From Phaeosaccion multiseriatum (taxonomy: Eukaryota > Protista > Ochrophyta, other classes): a DNA stretch of 64,000 nt. The translations under genes and the position numbers were made by a program. A model generated the notes under the pieces. It made no database searches, was not told the origin of the DNA, and saw nothing but the letters and a program-made list of their open reading frames with translations. Shown one piece after another: positions 49,509 through 62,459 of this stretch. The stretch spans positions 1,674,001 through 1,738,000 of the forward strand of contig OZ218962.1 of the NCBI GenBank assembly GCA_965112735.1, given 5' to 3'. Each line of letters begins with the position of its first letter. Within the stretch, counting starts at the first letter, position 1.

Positions 49509-52440
49509 CGCTTACTCCTCCTTCTTCTCTGCCCCCCCCTCCTTCTGCCCTGTCGCCCTTCCCCACCTTTCCTCTACCAGGCGAGAACGCCGTCCATTTC
49601 CCCCGCTTCCCGCTCTCCTTGCCTGTGGCAGGGCCAGACTCCCCTGCTGCGGCCCCCTCCACCGACCGCACCACCAGGCCCTTGCCCGTCTGCTGTGCCC
49701 ACGCTGGAAGGTTGGACCCAGTAAACTTCAGGCGAAGCTTGGCCTCTTGCGCTGCTGCGTCAGCGCCCCCTCCACCCCCGGAAGACCCTGCGGCTGCCCC
49801 CTTCTCCAGTTGCTGTACCACCAACTGCGGCTGCTGCGCGGTCGCCGCCTCTACTCCTGCGGGGGAGAGTGGTCGCTCCGGATGAAGCTCGTGGAGGCGC
49901 TCTTTCATCGCCTTTTGCAGGTCGGTAGACAGTCTCCAGACGAAGATGCAGCCATCCCCCCCGATGGAGATGAGCCTCTTGCCGTCTCCGCTGAAGCGCA
50001 GGCCCGTCACGAGCTCGCTGTGCCCCGCCACCTTGGCGAGACACCTACCCGAGTAGAAGTCAAACAGACGGATCCACTTATCGAAGCTACAAGTGGCTGC
50101 ATACATGCCTGCCGGGTCCAGATCTACCCTGTACATCTCGGCGGAGGCCCCCTCGGGTCGGTACCCCCTGACGTGCCTGCCGTTGCTCATGTTCCAGATG
50201 TTGAGGCGCTTGTCCTGCCCCGCTGACACCATGTACTTGTTGGTGGGGTCCACGTCCAGCCCGTAGATGGTACCCTGCGGCACGCTGATGGCCTTGTGCC
50301 GGGTCACTTGCTTGCCTCTGACGTGGTTGATAACCAGCATCTTATCGCCCCCCGCGGACAGCAGTCGGCGGCCGTCCTGGCTGAACTTGATGGCGTTGAC
50401 GGAGGAGGAGTGGTTCTCCAGAGTCGCGACAAGGGGGTGGCGGGCGGTGCTGCCTCCTGGCGGTTTGGCTGCGCCTCCGCTGTTCGCCGACGCGTTGAAC
50501 ACGTGCACCAGTCTGTCTCGACTTGCCGACGCGAGCAGAGTCAGGGTCGGTGAGGGGGGCTGCTGCTGGTGCTGCTGCTGCTGCTGGTGGTGGAGAGGCA
50601 CCCATCTGGGCGGCGGCTTCGGCAGCACTCCCTGAGAAGCACTCTCACCACCTTCGCCAGCTGTTGGCGTATCACTAACTACCACAGAGGGTACCGCTGC
50701 TGCCGCCTCCACCATGACGGGCGAGTAGGCCATGCTCAGCACCTCTGCGTCGTGCGCGGCCTGCGTGTGCTGTAGTCGCATACTGGCCAAGTCGTACACG
50801 CGTATATTGCCCTGCTTGTCTCCGCACGCAAGCTGCCCCCCCGCGGGGTGCACTGCCAGACTGCGCAGGACGTTGTGTGGCTTGGGGGACGAGTCTGGGA
50901 TCTCTGTGTCGGGAACCGAAGCGGCCAGAGCGTCGTCGAAGCCGTTCCTGCTGCTTGCGAGCCCGTCCTTCTCCTTCTCATCCGCGTACAGAATCCGCAC
51001 GAGGTGCTTGCAGTACACGTTGGACCAGCGGGCCGCTGCTGCCCCCGCTGCCGAGGAGGAGGAGGAGGAGGAGGAGGATGCTCCATCCAGGGACCCGAGA
51101 TCCCACAGGCGGACCGTATTGTCTGCCGAGCACGTGGCAAACACATTGGAAGGCAGGCCCTTATGGTGCCCCTCTCCCGCCGCTGCAGGTCCCAGTGGGG
51201 GTGTTGGAACTGTCTGCACATCCCAGATGCAGGCCCCGTGGTTGAGGAAGCTGCGGTACCTGCCCACGTTGTGACGGTCCGTAATGTCCCATATGAACAT
51301 GCTGCGGTCGGCGTACACCGCCACCACCTTGGTTCCCGACGGGCTGAGACGCACCCCCAACACGGCGGGGTACCTGGCCTGCTTACCCTCCGGCAAGAGC
51401 CGCTGCTGGGCGAGCTCCTCAAGAGAGGCGACGTTCGCCCCTCCCAGCGGAGGGGGTTTGGGGAGCGTCGACACGTACTCGAGACTCGTGGCGCTGAAGA
51501 GCCGCAGCAAGCCGTCCGAGCAGGCCACTGCCAGCAACTCGTTGTTGTACAAGCTAATCCCGTACGCCGCAGTCGCCTCCAAGTTGACCCACTGAGACAT
51601 TACCCGCGAGGGCGAGAAGACACACAGCACGCCCCCCGAGGTGACGCAGAAGGCGGCCCCCTCCTCCCCGCAGACTACATCCATAAAAGTGCTCCCCCGG
51701 AGACCCTCGAGGATACTCGCTGGCCGCCCGTCCATGCGAATCACGCCGTCCTCCGCCTTTTCCCCCTTCGGGTACCTACTCCTGCGGCTGTCGGCCGGCA
51801 CTTCCTCCCCGTCCTCCTCTTCAAAGTACCAAAACTTGACATGCTTGTCCCCACAAGTCACGAGAAAGGAGCCGTCGCTACTGAACGCGAGAGAGCGTAC
51901 CTTTTGGCTCACCTTCGCGCTGGCCACCCGCCTCGCGCCCGCCGAAGAAGGAGGAGACGGGGGTGATGGCTCCGCCTCTGGCCTTTTCTTCCCCGGGGAG
52001 GCTTTCTCTCTCCCCTCCAGCCCCAAGTCCCACACCTGCAGCATTCGATCGTACTTGAAGCCCGCCGACACGAGCATGTCCCCCCTTGGACCAAAGGTAA
52101 GGCAGCTCACCCCAAAGCGGTGCCCATTCTTCAGCTCTCTCAGCACGGCGCCCGTGGCCAAGCTCCAGACAACCACGTTCGGTTGGTGGCCCCTCTCCCC
52201 CACAGCCAGCATACCTCCATCGCTGCTAAAAGCCAGGCAGGACACCGTCTTGCCCGCGCGGAAATAGCGAAATTGCCGGTTACGACGCGGCTGGTAGATC
52301 ACCACTACGCAGCCGGCTGGGTACGCCACGTCCCCTGTGCAAGGGTTGACAGCGAGGGCCCCGTTGTGCAGACATGTCTGTCCGATCACGCGGTCCAGGG
52401 TGAGCTGCGGAGCCAACGCCGCCGCTCCTCCAGCTGCCAT
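47515..52440 (-). CDS. WD40 protein of the WDR62/MAPKBP1 family (single exon, 1641 aa)
   Basis: VAYPAGCVVVIY, LAVGERGHQP, YADRSMFIWD, TCSADNTVRLW, HDAEVLSMAYS, LASASRDRLVHVF, GHSELVTGLRFS, GDGCIFVWRL. Confidence 0.9.
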
Positions 52441-52703
52441 GGTGGCGTCTTTCTCTCGGACTCCTTAAATCTGGAGCCACGCCTCGCCGCCGCTGGTTGC
52501 TGCTGCCACTGCTGCCACTAGTTCTGCGACTGCCGCTAATAGCAAAAGCAGCTATGGGGAAGAGCTTTCTGCAAGGCCAACATCTTATTGTTACCGTCTC
52601 TCTGATTTCACTTTTGGCGGCTGAACGAAAACTTCCGCGTTGGCGTGATGCTGTAGTTGCACCTCAGTGGTGTGTCCCTTGACTTGACACACAGCATCGT
52701 CGT

Positions 52704-53814
52704 ATGGTGTTCTTCGTGTGTTGTGGATGCAATGAGAGCCTCAAGAAGCAAGCGGTGGAGAAGCATGTCTATAAGTGTGGTAATTGCTGGGCCGTCACTT
52801 GCGTTGACTGCAGCCAGGTGAGGCGAGATTATGGAGAGGGGAGTAGCTGAGCAGCTCTTTAACACACCCTCCCTCCCCCCTTCTTTGGCACTTCAGACTT
52901 TCGAAGGAGAAGACTACAAGGCTCACACCTCGTGCGTGAGTGAAGCGGAGAAGTATGAAGGGTCCCTGTACAAAGGGAAAAAGGTAAGAGATTGTAGCCG
53001 CACGAATAATACACCTGGTGACTGGCGCTCCTTCTCATACCCACCACCACTGCTGCTGCTGCCGCTGCTGCTACAGGTTAAGCTCAATCCTCAGCAGGTG
53101 TGGATGGCCTTGGTGGAGGAGGCAGCGAGGAATTCAGCCAATGCGCCTGCTCCAATACGCTCGTACCTCTCCAGAATGTCGGAGCTTGCTGGTTGTGTGC
53201 CGAGGCAGGAGAAGAAGTTTAGGTACGGAGCTGGGACATCTGCCGAGAGGGAAGGGGTCGTAGCGGGTGCTTAATCCGTTCTGACCAATGTCTCTCCGTT
53301 GCCCCCTGTGTGCTCTCCTGCCTATTTTTTTTTCTTTTTTCCAAGGAACTTCGTGGCGAACAGCCTCAAAATACACAACCAGGTGCTCGTGTCGCAGTTG
53401 TGGACCCATCTGGTCCAACTCAAGCCTGTGAAGGAGGAGAAGAAGAGCGAACCGGAAGAGACCACAGAGAAAGAACCTGTAGCAGCAGCGGCTGCAGCAG
53501 GAGCAGCAGTAGTAGCTGCAGCGGATAGTGTCACAGGGAAGGCCCCGAAAAGGAAGAGGCAAAGACTGGAGAAGGGGGAAGGAGAAGCGGCCGCTCCCAA
53601 CAGCAGCATCAAATGGAAGAAAGTGGTCAAGTCGCTCATGCAGGAGCACGGGAAGCTGTCAATAAAGGAGTTGAGGAGGCACGTGCTCGCCAAGCTGAGG
53701 GCGTCGGGAGTGGGAGAGGAGGAGCTGAGCAAAGAGGTGGTGGCCGAACGCGTCCTCAGCGCTGTGGGGAGTCTTCATTCACAGCTATCGCTCGTGTGGA
53801 ATGAAGGCGCGTGA
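52704..53814 (+). CDS. LYAR: LYAR-type C2HC zinc finger nucleolar protein, multi-exon
   Basis: MVFFVCCGCNESLKK..VEKH...C...TCVDCSQ|TFEGEDYKAHTSCVSEAEKYEG, VPRQEKKF|RNFVANSL, IKWKKVVK. Confidence 0.9.
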
Positions 53815-53851
53815 CTATGAGAAGGTCTCGCTCTGTGGTCGCGTGGTCGCG

Positions 53852-53964
53852 TCAGCATTGGAGAGTCAGACTCGGAGTTCAATCAGGGTATGAACAAATA
53901 CATTTAAAATTAATGTATTTGTTCATACCCTGATTGAACTCCGAGTCTGACTCTCCAATGCTGA
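53852..53964. repeat. Perfect inverted repeat, 53-bp arms, 7-nt loop
   Basis: Arms 53852-53904 and 53912-53964. Confidence 0.95.
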
Positions 53965-54385
53965 GCCAGTCCATGTGATGCACCTCTCCAGGCTTGCTGC
54001 CATGGAGGGTCTCACCAAGGGGGCGGGGTATCTTGTCACCTGCCCTAGAGTCCACGCAGTGAAGGCAGTGCTTGATGAAAGCGCTGAAGTCATCTGCCTT
54101 GCCGTGCCAATATACCAAACGCAGCTGCTCCATGGTTGCTGTCTTTAGCCTATGGCATGCTCCTCCTGCGTGTGCCTCAGTACACAACCGTAGCTGAAGC
54201 TGCTTGTCCGCTGCCGGAACCCACACCTCTCCCGCTGCTGTCTTGTAGAGCTCCATGTCTGCATGCCACACGAGAGCAATATCTGAAACGGGCTCCACAA
54301 TCTTGTCAGTCCCATCTACCCCTTCCCCCTTTTGAGAGAGTGGGGCATGCTCCTGTTGGCTGAACCTGAGAGCATCAAGGGACAC
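53912..54385 (-). pseudogene. Truncated LTR-retrotransposon (Ty3/Gypsy-like) integrase fragment
   Basis: H2C2 finger H-AGGAC-H...CLHC followed by IPRPLGETLHGSKPGEVHHMDW (start of the rve core), then truncated. Confidence 0.8.
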
Positions 54386-54660
54386 GAGAGTGGGACACGC
54401 GGGGGAGGGGGCAAGTACCCGCGACAGCAGCAGGTGCCCATAGCCCGTGTGCAGCCCCTTGTCAGGTGCGCCCTTTGGGCTGTTCCTGTGCGGTTCAGTC
54501 GCTATGTAGAGGAGAGGGGAATGAGGGGTTGGTCAAGCGAGAGCGAGCCACGTAATTGAAATTCACACAGCCGGCTTTTACAGTTTCAAAATCACGAAAA
54601 GAAAACAAAGAAGAAATCCTTTCCCTCACTTCTTCATCATCCTATTGGCCACTGCGAAGT

Positions 54661-55069
54661 ATGGCGACGGCCGCAGAGGGGAAGATCGACGCTGACGAGC
54701 TCTTGTCGGGAGCGAAGCACCTTCGTGCTGCGGCTCCATGCAAAGATGACGGCAAGCATGAGACTGAGGGCCCAACTGCGGAAGAGTTGCGGCCCATCAC
54801 GGACTTGTATGACAGACACAGGGGGGACGTGGCTGCGATCTTCGCCGAGCTCGAGGAGTGAGTATCCGTCATTGTTCTGAGGGAGTCATGCGCCCATGCC
54901 CTGCTTACCTCGCTCATCTCCCGCTGCCGTCAGGAATCCACGGAAGGCCCTCAAGTACCCGCCCCAGAGTGCCGAGGGCTTTGCGAGGCGTTATCTGGAT
55001 GGGGGCTACACATGCGTCGAGGCTGCTGAGGCAAAGGAAGGAGGAAGCGAGTCAGTAAGCCACAAGTGA
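54661..55069 (+). CDS. Small hypothetical protein (2 exons)
   Basis: MATAAEGKIDADELLSGAKHLR...AELEE|NPRKALKYPPQSAEGFARRYLDGGY...; GT-AG intron ~54858-54933. Confidence 0.5.
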
Positions 55070-55758
55070 GCAGAATAGAAACACCTGTGTCGTGTCTGCA
55101 CGGCGGCCCCATGATCGCAAGACACAAGTAGCTAAGAAGCAGACCCCCGCACCCAGTGGCCGCATTGAGCTGATACGATCAAATGCAGTGGGAAGGGATG
55201 GGGGAAAGAGTCGAGACGAGGCATGCGGGGACTACGCCATCGCGACTTGGAGTGGTGAAGGCCAAACTGCCTGCGTCCTTCCTCCACGAGCGGGGGGGGA
55301 TACAATGCCCGCGCTGCCTCATTGGGACTCAACATGGGGCCTCCATAGCGCAGCGGAACGGAGTCGCGCCTTTCACCTTTGGCCATGCCGCTCGTGCCAT
55401 CTCGTGTTGGCATTTCATGTGGATTGATTGCAGGTTTCATCTTACCCCCCCCTTAGGGTGGGGAAACGCAGGCAGACAGATGATCGTTAGGCAATGCTTC
55501 ATTTAGAAAGCAACTTCGAACATCTTGTACATAATCTACGAGCTTCGACGCGTTCGTGGCCCTCTTGGACTTGCCAATTCCAGACAGAGCGGAGACGCTC
55601 TTTGGCCTTGGTATGTATGGTCAAAGGCCCCACGGGACGGAGAGGGGTGATGAGTGATGAGCCCGCAGTTCAATCGCACCTTTTCAAAGCAGAGCCACCA
55701 CGGACCTCGGGCTTCGTGTCCACCTTATAGCCGGGTCTGGACCACGCAGAAGCAGCCA

Positions 55759-56032
55759 TCGGCTCCCCGCAGGGCTTCTCTAGCCCCCCGATAAGCAGAA
55801 GAAGCCTGAGGTGGCCTGCGACCGAAAGCAAGAAGCCCGGGGCTGGTCTGGCTGCGGCCAGAAGCCTGCATAATCTCTCCCCCCCCCCCCACTGAGCCCC
55901 CCCGAGAAGCCTGAAGCCCAGACCGCTGGCCTGCGGCGCAGAAGCCCGCGCTGGCCTGCGGCCAGAAGCCCGAAGCCTGGAGGGGGCTATGGCCCAGAAG
56001 CCCGGAGCCCGAGAAGCCCTGCGGGGAGCCGA
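55759..56032. mobile_element. MITE with perfect 22-bp TIR and 6-bp TSD (cagcca)
   Basis: tcggctccccgcagggcttctc / gagaagccctgcggggagccga; cagcca at 55753-55758 and 56033-56038; internal agaagcc repeats. Confidence 0.8.
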
Positions 56033-56299
56033 CAGCCAGGTCGGCACCGCCCCGCCAGCTCCCTCTCACATGTCATGTTGTGGAGTTGTGGAGCCGCCCG
56101 GCCCAAACGGTGCCAGCATGCGCTGCCGGTCCAGCCTGTGAGGAAGGTGAGAAAGTACCCGCTCGGCGGGACTCTTTGGACGACGAAGGGTCACGGCTGC
56201 GGCCGGGGGGTGGATACCTCCTCAGACTCGTCAAGGTGATGGCGGCTCCTCCCCCACAGATAGACAGAAACCTCGTTGGCCAGGACGTCCAATCCCCCT

Positions 56300-56550
56300 G
56301 GCGGACGGTGGGAGTGCCCAGAGTGCAAAGAGCAAAGTTAAGCAAATGTATTGCATGGGATAGGAAGTGAGGAGTAGACTTGGTTCGTGTTTTCTTCTTT
56401 CCGCCTCGCTGGCCCTACGAGGAGGGCAGGCCTACAGGTGTGCTGCTACCCACTGGCTGGGCGGCACCACGCACGCGCCCACGGTCACTGGGAGGCTGCC
56501 TAGAGGGCGGGCTAGAGGTTGCCTAGGACTGAAAAGTGAGCGGCCTAGAG
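56300..56550 (+). mobile_element. Dispersed repeat copy 2 (inverted relative to copy 1)
   Basis: High identity to the reverse complement of 44770-44998; ends gcggcctagag. Confidence 0.6.
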
Positions 56551-56763
56551 TATATATATAAAAAAGGGAAGATGGACGGAGAGAGAAGGGGGGGGAAAGA
56601 GAAGGAGAGAGGGAGAGGGGAGAGAGAGGAAATGTATCACCAACTGCGATGGCAGTTTCAATTTTTCTGTTTTTCATTTTTCCCCTTTTCCCTTTTCCCC
56701 TTCCTTCCTAATGAAGGCCAAAGCCACAGGCTGAGCAACTCGCCGCCACGTGCGCTGGTCACC

Positions 56764-59700
56764 ATGGCCGCTTCGGGGGCTGCCGTAATGCGGCCGAGCT
56801 TCAGCCTCTCTGGGGGAAACCCAGACCTGTCGCTCCATCCCATTGATGGCTTGGCCCTGGACACGACAGGGCTGTTTGATGGTGACAAGCTGAAGAGCGT
56901 CCTGGACACGGTGTACGGGAGGATTATGCACCTAGAAACCACTATGAAGAAATCGGTGGAGGCCGCTCTTGCAGCTGCCGTTATCGAGCCGCCAGACCCG
57001 GTTGAAGAGGAGGGGCCGAATGTAGATTTCGACGCCTTGTCGGATGCGGACAAATTTCGCGAGCTGCGCTTGGAGACTAGGAGGCTGAAGAGGGAGCAGA
57101 AGCGATTTATGGGCGCCGCTAGGCGGGACGCTGCGAGGGAGGCCGCGGCGAAGCAGATTCAGGCTTTGGAGCTTTCCGCTCTCCTGCTAAAGGTAGAAGA
57201 CAAGGTGGGCAGTCAGGAGCTGGGCTCGGCCCTTGACACTAGAATCGAGGCTGCTCAGGCAGCCATGAGAGAGGAGGTGAAGGCGCATGCAGCCGCTCTG
57301 CATGATAGGCTGGCCCAGGAGGTGCAAGGGGTGCATTCTGCACTGCTGGCAATGCAGGGGCAGGTGGACCAGGTGGCAGCGTCGACAAGTAGTTACGGCA
57401 GCTCGATGGGCCCTCGAATACCTCAAGCCCCCACAAAGTCTGTAGCACGGAAGTCGTTGGAGGGTAAAGAGGAGTCAACTGTGCCCGAGGACGAGGACGG
57501 CGACGAGTTCGAGGACGCGGTGCGGCAAGTGGTGCACAAGACGTTGGAGGAGGCGGGCATGGACGGGCTGTCCAACAAGGCCTTCACCGCAGTGGTGGAC
57601 GAGCTCAACCAGCTCAAGGATGAAGTTGTGGATGACAAAGCCGTCCTGTCTGCGCTGGAGAGTGAGGTGGGGGAGAGACTGGACACCCTGACAGAGCTGA
57701 TACCACAGGTTTCCGTTTTGGACGATGCCCGCCGAGAGGCAGGAGAAGAAGTGGCACAGCTCCGCAAACAAGTCGAGGACGGGAACGACCATCTGCTTTG
57801 CCTTGTGTCCACGGCGGAGGAGGCCAGAAAAGAGGGTTTGGAAGAGAGCAGCAGGGACCACGAGGACCTGCGACGCGAGGTGGATGCGCTGAAAGACAGT
57901 TTCGGGCAGGATTGCGCTGACCTGGTCGCGGAGTCCGCGATGAGGGTGTCAGGCAAGGTGGAGCAAACGCAGGACCGCCTCCTCAAGCTCGTGGATGAAG
58001 TGACGAAGGGCTTCGCGCGGTGCGAAGGCCAGCTGGAGGGGATGGACAAGGCCGCCAAGGCGCAGGGCGAGGCCGTCGGGGGGAGGATACGAGACTTGGA
58101 ATGCCACGCGACGGACCTGCACGCCGCCGACGCAGACACGGCCACGTCTATACTGGGAATGCAGAAGAAGCTGGCCGAGCTGGCGGATGAAACCACGCAG
58201 CAAAAGAGGCAGCTCAAGGGGCAGATGGAAGAGCTGCTTGGCACAAAGGGCCACCTTGGCACGCTGGAGGGAGCTGTGCAGGAGCTGGAGGAGAAGGTAG
58301 ACGTCGGGGTGGGCAGGAGGCTACAGGAGTTCGAGGCAGCTGGACATGCCCTGAGGCAGCAGGTGTGGCAGGAGGTTGAGCAGGGCCGGAGAGAGATGAT
58401 GGACGTCATGGCCGTGGGCTTGAAGTCTTCCTCCTCCTCCTCCTCGTCGTCGTCGTCCAAGTCGCGCAGCTTCGACTCGCTGGACGAGTTGAGAGACGCC
58501 ATGAGGGAGGAGGCGGAGGAGAGGACGTCAGAGATGTCCCGTCTGGTCCGGAGCAACATTGGGACAGTTAGCAGGCTGCGGCAAGTGGAGGGAGGCATGC
58601 ACGCGCTGTGCACGAGAGAGTTGTTCTGGGAGAGGGTGGATGTGAAACTCAAGGCGCACCGCACAGAGCTCAATCGGATCTGCACAAGCATGGAGGCCAA
58701 GAGTGTCGGTTCGCGTCTCACACACGAGGCTCTCACCTTCCTCGCGGGGAATCTGCAGAGAGTCGGCAAGGTGGGGGGGGGAGGGAGGGAGAGAGGGAGG
58801 GAGGGAGGGGGGGGGGGAGAGAGGGGGGAAGGGAGTGAGTGAGTGAGTGAGTGAGTGAGTGAGTGAGTTAGCGCCTGAGTGACTGAGCGAGTGAGTGGAG
58901 TGAGTGATGAGTTAGCGCCTGAGTGACTGAGCGAGTGAGTGAGTGAGTGAGTGAGTCAGTCAGTCAGTAGTGAGTGAGTGTGTGAGTCAGTCAGTAGTGA
59001 GTGAGTGTGTGAGTCAGTAGGTGAATGAGTGAGCCAATCAGTCAGTAGAGGAGGGACTGAGGCCGCCAAAGTGTTCGGCGCGTCCTCATCACGCTTCTCT
59101 GGCCTCTCCCCCCCTCCCCCCCTCCCCCCAGCTCATCGCCCAGAAGGCAGACTACGACATCATGCTGGTGGTGGCGAACAGCAAGAACCCCGCCGAGGAG
59201 GGCAGCGGCTGGGACGACGCCGTAGAGACGCTAAGGCAGGCGTCCGTCAAGAGCTTCCTCACCGCAGCGAGGAGCGAGCAGGAGGCCACCAGCCCTGTGC
59301 CTGCGCAAGATCAGAGGCACACCATTCGACAAGACTTTTACAAGCAGTGCTCGGACGCCATCAGGTAGGGTATCGGGTGTCAGGATAGCTCGCTGCTTAG
59401 TCACTAGGGTCCATTGCCATTTGGCGAGGGGGGGCGGGGGGGCGGGGGGGGCGGCGCAGGCGAAAAGCGGTAGGGGAGGGCGAAGAAGCGTCTACACCCC
59501 AACGTACCATTTCAACCCTCCCCACCCCTCCCCTTCTCGCGTCCCCACTCCTCTCCCGCCTCCCCTGACTAGGGTGGCTGTGTCCAAGTACAGACCCACC
59601 CAACCAGGGAGCACTCTGCTGGGCAAAGTCAAGATGCGGCCCAAGGCGTGCTTGGCATGTGATCGCCCCTTCTCCGATGGCGTCCCTGGCAACGGTGGCG

Positions 59701-60356
59701 GTGGGGGCAGCGGTAGTCCTGCCACCAATGACCGTACTTCCCCCGGCAAGAGGAGAGGGCTGGGTGGGGGTGGGGGTGGGGGTGGGGTTGGGAACCGAGC
59801 TGCGGTTCCGCAAAACGCAGGGACCATCCCGGATGACGGAAGTCACATCACCAAGGACCAGCATATGGGCACACACCGACCCACGACCTCCTCCAGCAAG
59901 ATCCGAGCGTCGGGGGCGGGAGGAGGCCCCCGAGACGGGCAGGGCGAGGCCTTCCAGAGACTCATGGACACCGGGGGAGGGGGCGGCTTTGTGGGTGGGC
60001 CCTACGTGTATCGAGGAGGCTTCAAGCTGCCAAAGCAGACGCAGCGGCCGATGACGGCGGGGGTGGTGGAGGACGAGTTCTCGACAAGTGTGCGCATGTC
60101 TCCCCTCTTGCCTCTGCAGCACGGCATAGGGGGCGACGGGCCTAGTTTCGACGGCAGACACTCTCCCTCCGCTTCACCACCACGGCCCAAGACACAGGGA
60201 GGGGGGGTGAGCTCGTCGAGGGGGGGGGGGGGGTTGGGCTTCCTGCTTGACGACAGTAGCGTCGCGAGTGGCGTGACCATGAGTTCATTTGTGGCCATTA
60301 GCGACCATCCGGGGCAGCTCTCTCCCAGCCAGAAGCAGCCACAGCAACTTGTATAA
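56764..60356 (+). CDS. Long coiled-coil protein with C-terminal CLACDRP motif (DUF4795/QRICH2-like), 3 exons
   Basis: ORF 56536..58842 (probable ATG 56764), exon ~59132-59365, exon ~59573-60356; motifs KACLACDRPF and YVYRGGFKLP. Confidence 0.6.
58835..59046. repeat. Intronic (GAGT/CAGT)n microsatellite
   Basis: Read directly from the sequence. Confidence 0.9.
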
Positions 60357-60448
60357 CAAGAGTTTAGGCAATTAGACGAGTGTGACCACATGAAGTTCAG
60401 TATGTACAGCGTTCACTTTCAAGTACGTACAGGGAAGCTTCCACCTAC

Positions 60449-62159
60449 TCAGCTCCAGGCCGTTGTATTGGAGTGTTGCGACGGGAGGCCCTCCTCCTCC
60501 TCCTCCTCCTCCTCCTCCTGCTCTTCCTCCAGGACCTCCTCACGGCAGTCTTGCAAAGCACTGGGGGGCGGGGGAAGAGGGAAAGAGAGGGGAGCAGAGG
60601 GTTGCAAAGGGAAGAGGAGGCCGAAGGAGGAGCATGAGGCACGTGCAATGACGATGAGACCATTGCCAGGGAGGGGGGGTGGATGTCTCAGAGAACAGAC
60701 CAGATCAGAGCCAAGCAGTCGATCCCCGACCACACCGCACCTGAGCAGGCTCATGCTGTCCTCCTTCGTGCCCATGAGGAGGTCGACGTGCCAGGAGAGG
60801 CTGGACAAGGGGTCGTCAGTCTCCATCCGCCCCACTCGAATGCGAAGCCCGGGCCCGTACACGGGGGTGGACGAGAGAGAAGAAGGCGATTGGGGTGTTG
60901 GGGCGGGGGCGCTGCCGAACACAACCCTCCACCCTCCGGCGCCCGAGTCGTCCACAGCTACCGTCTAGCAGCGAAAGGGGGAGGAGAAGGAGAAGGGAAA
61001 GGGAAAGGGAAAGGGGAGGCCTCAACATTTGTTTACCATTCAATTGTTCTGTGGGGCGGGGCGGGGGGGGGAAACGACAACTTACCACGTCCTTGGTCAG
61101 CTCGTACGTTTTCCCTGGCGTCTTGCTGCGGTCACTGACACCGCAGAGCACCATTTGCCGGAGCTGAGCATTGATGATCACTCGGCAGGAGAGCGCCTTC
61201 AGTGGCCATCGCCGCAGCTGCCGGCAGTTGAGGTAGTGCAAGCGTGTGGACTTGGAGAGGAACAGTCGTGTTTTGCGAATGGCGTGCTGCTGCCGAGCCT
61301 CCGGAGAGGAGGCCCTGACCTCTTCGGGGGGCAGCTCGCGCTGGTCATCGTCAAAGGTCAGGACGCCTTGCTTCTTCACCATACCAATGTACACTGCGAG
61401 CGCGCTGTTATGCATGCCAATAACAGAGGTTGTGTTACAGTTAGTGCCGGCCCCTTCTAGAGGATGAACTCCCACACAAACTTACTTTGCAAGCTCATCT
61501 CTATCCCTGCTCGAGCCCATGAGAATGTCGATCGAAAAGCTCTTGCCTTGCCCCGCTTGGTAGCGACCCTTCAAGGACAGCGCACAGCTCCCGTCCTGTT
61601 GTTGCAGATATCTTGAGGCCTTGGCCCAATTTGCAGACTCCGGATACGAGCCTGCTTTCCCCAGCTCAATCTCTTGAAGGTCGCTCATCAGCCAGTGCCG
61701 AACATCCTTATCGATGACAAGCTGCTTCCTCCTGGCCAAGAAGATCATTCCCGGAATGCTGGACAGCATAAGTCGCCTCCGCTGAGGCCGATGTGGCCAT
61801 TGCGAAGGGAGCTGATGGGGGTACAAGTAAGGATAGCCAGATCAAGTCAAGGGAGGAGACAGGACCCAAGCCGCCATATACCCTACCCGGAGTCACCCAC
61901 CTTCTTGACGAGCAGGCCGCGCTGCAGGATGACCTCGAGCAGGAGGTTACGATGCGGCTGAGATAGAGAAGGAGGAACAGACAGAGACAGAGAGAGGGAG
62001 GGGGGGGGGGGGGGGGGGGGGAGAGAGAGAAAGACGCCTCCTCGTTATCATTTCCGTACTTCCCCCCCCCCTCCCTCCTACTCCATCCCCTACCTTGACG
62101 CCGTCTTGCCCATTGAAGTTCAAGCTCAAGCTCTGACCAGGGGCGCCTCCCAGTATCAT
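60449..62159 (-). CDS. Hypothetical multi-exon protein, possibly PH-like domains, acidic tail
   Basis: ATG 62159; exons bounded by GT-AG sites linking ORFs 61482..61826, 60816..61475 and 60449..60955. Confidence 0.5.
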
Positions 62160-62169
62160 TTTACTCGCT

Positions 62170-62206
<37 letters not shown>

Positions 62207-62459
62207 AAAGAGATTGTACCGGCCGCCGTCGGACCATTCATGGACATATTCTGAAACTGAAAAAACAATACTCCTCGCCACCTCTCCCCTCTCCTCTTCC
62301 TCCTCTCCGGCTCATTTCTCACCAACACCACACCACCTTCCCCCAAATCACTCCATTACACGCCCAATCAAAGGACAGTGCCTATTATATTTTACAAAGC
62401 GGAGAGGAGCCGAGGCGCGAGACAGGCCCACGGGGCCAAGCCCACCTCATTCGGCTCAA

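Noticed and set aside
57423-58769. 448-aa antisense Ser-rich ORF, and similar antisense ORFs over XPO1, WDR62 and the Crypton
   Set aside because: Complementary-strand shadows of GC-rich coding sequence.
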